Positions 6,150 through 7,076 of a stretch of DNA of 7,076 nt are shown one piece after another. Position numbers and translations under genes: made by a program. The notes below the pieces were generated by a model. It did no database searches. It was not told the DNA's origin and saw only the letters and a program-made list of their open reading frames with translations. This DNA is from Octopus sinensis (Eukaryota): contig NW_021828972.1 in assembly GCF_006345805.1 (NCBI RefSeq), positions 1 to 7,076 of the forward strand, read 5' to 3'. How positions within the stretch are numbered: position 1 is the first letter of the stretch; each line of letters begins with the position of its first letter.

Positions 6150-6876
6150 CCTTCAATTTGTCTTAATTTTCATTCTTATATTTTCATTAATTTTCATTCT
6201 CATATCCGTTCATTCTTTTATTTAACACAAATCTCATTCGTAACCTTTGTCTAGACTGCATATTTCTTCAGTTCACGTTTCTCTCTCACTTTCCTTCGCC
6301 ATTTTTATTACTTCTTATTCGTCTTTTACCTCTTCTTCGCGTTCTTGCGTTTTCTTTCTTTTCTCTTAATGTTTATTCATTATCAAGCTCTTTCTTTTTC
6401 ATTTCATATTTTCCATCTATTGCCCCATGTTTCTTCTTCAATTTATAAACATATCTTTTTCATATAGCTTCTTCTTCTTCTCTTACTTTTTACATTTATT
6501 TTTTATTTGAATGCTTCATTCTCTTCTTTCTCTTCACTTGTTTATATTTGATTTTCTCTTACAAATGCTGTTTTCCTTCGTTTATATTATTACATTTTTC
6601 TTCATTTATTCTTTGTTTTTATTACATTTTTCTTTCTCTTTTCCCCTTATTTTGCTATATTTATTTGTCACTTCTTCACTTTATTCCCGTTGTTTTCGCA
6701 AATTTTTAGCCATTTCTTTCCCGTCTTTTCTCGTTTGTTCTCATTTGTTCGTAGTTTATTAACATCGTCTGCTTCAATTTTTTTTTTTGCATTTTTGTTC
6801 TTCATCATTTTTGCATTTGTTTTTCGTAATGATTTTTATTTTCGTTTTATGTTTATTCATTCATTATTATTTTTGT
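6150..6876. repeat. T-rich / pyrimidine-rich low-complexity tract
   Basis: About 730 bp of TTC/TTTA/TTAT-type degenerate repeats with few G; it produces F/L/S-rich spurious ORFs. Confidence 0.85.
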
Positions 6877-6962
6877 TATCATCATCATCATTATCATCAT
6901 CCAGTAGTAGTAGTAGTTTTAGTAGTGGTGGTGTAGTAGTAGTAGTAGTAGTAGTAGTAGTA
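6877..6962. repeat. Trinucleotide repeats (ATC)n then (GTA)n
   Basis: (ATC/TCA)n at ~6877-6900; (GTA)10 at 6933-6962. Confidence 0.95.
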
Positions 6963-7076
6963 TAGTTTTCTCCACCTCCACTTCGTATTTTTTTTCTCGC
7001 AATGGAAAATAACTGGAGCAATTTCAAACGTAGGAATTCGTGAACGTCTCAATGAATAATAAAATATTTTCAGGTA

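Noticed and set aside
6511-6965. Hydrophobic membrane-like ORFs with poly-S and poly-V
   Set aside because: Produced by the T-rich tract and trinucleotide repeats.

Overview
AT-rich, repeat-dense eukaryotic non-coding DNA (intronic or intergenic) with no credible protein-coding gene. It holds a small hAT-type MITE (138-393), five clear tRNA-headed SINE copies plus a head-eroded one and decayed fragments, and many microsatellite and T-rich low-complexity tracts. The SINEs fall into three families, labelled F1, F2 and F3 here for convenience. From memory, not a database search, they resemble the abundant octopus (coleoid cephalopod) SINEs, so the host is probably an octopod. Best leads: (i) two ~90% identical F3 SINEs in inverted orientation 508 bp apart, with a third copy giving an alternative pairing; (ii) an F1 SINE in a 184-bp head-to-tail tandem whose junction, end and flank share a GTATTT motif; (iii) a hairpin-containing module shared by F1 and F3; (iv) two F2 SINEs that swap tails right after a CORE-like domain. 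I see no strong evidence for a wholly new biological system; these are leads on SINE modularity and dsRNA potential.
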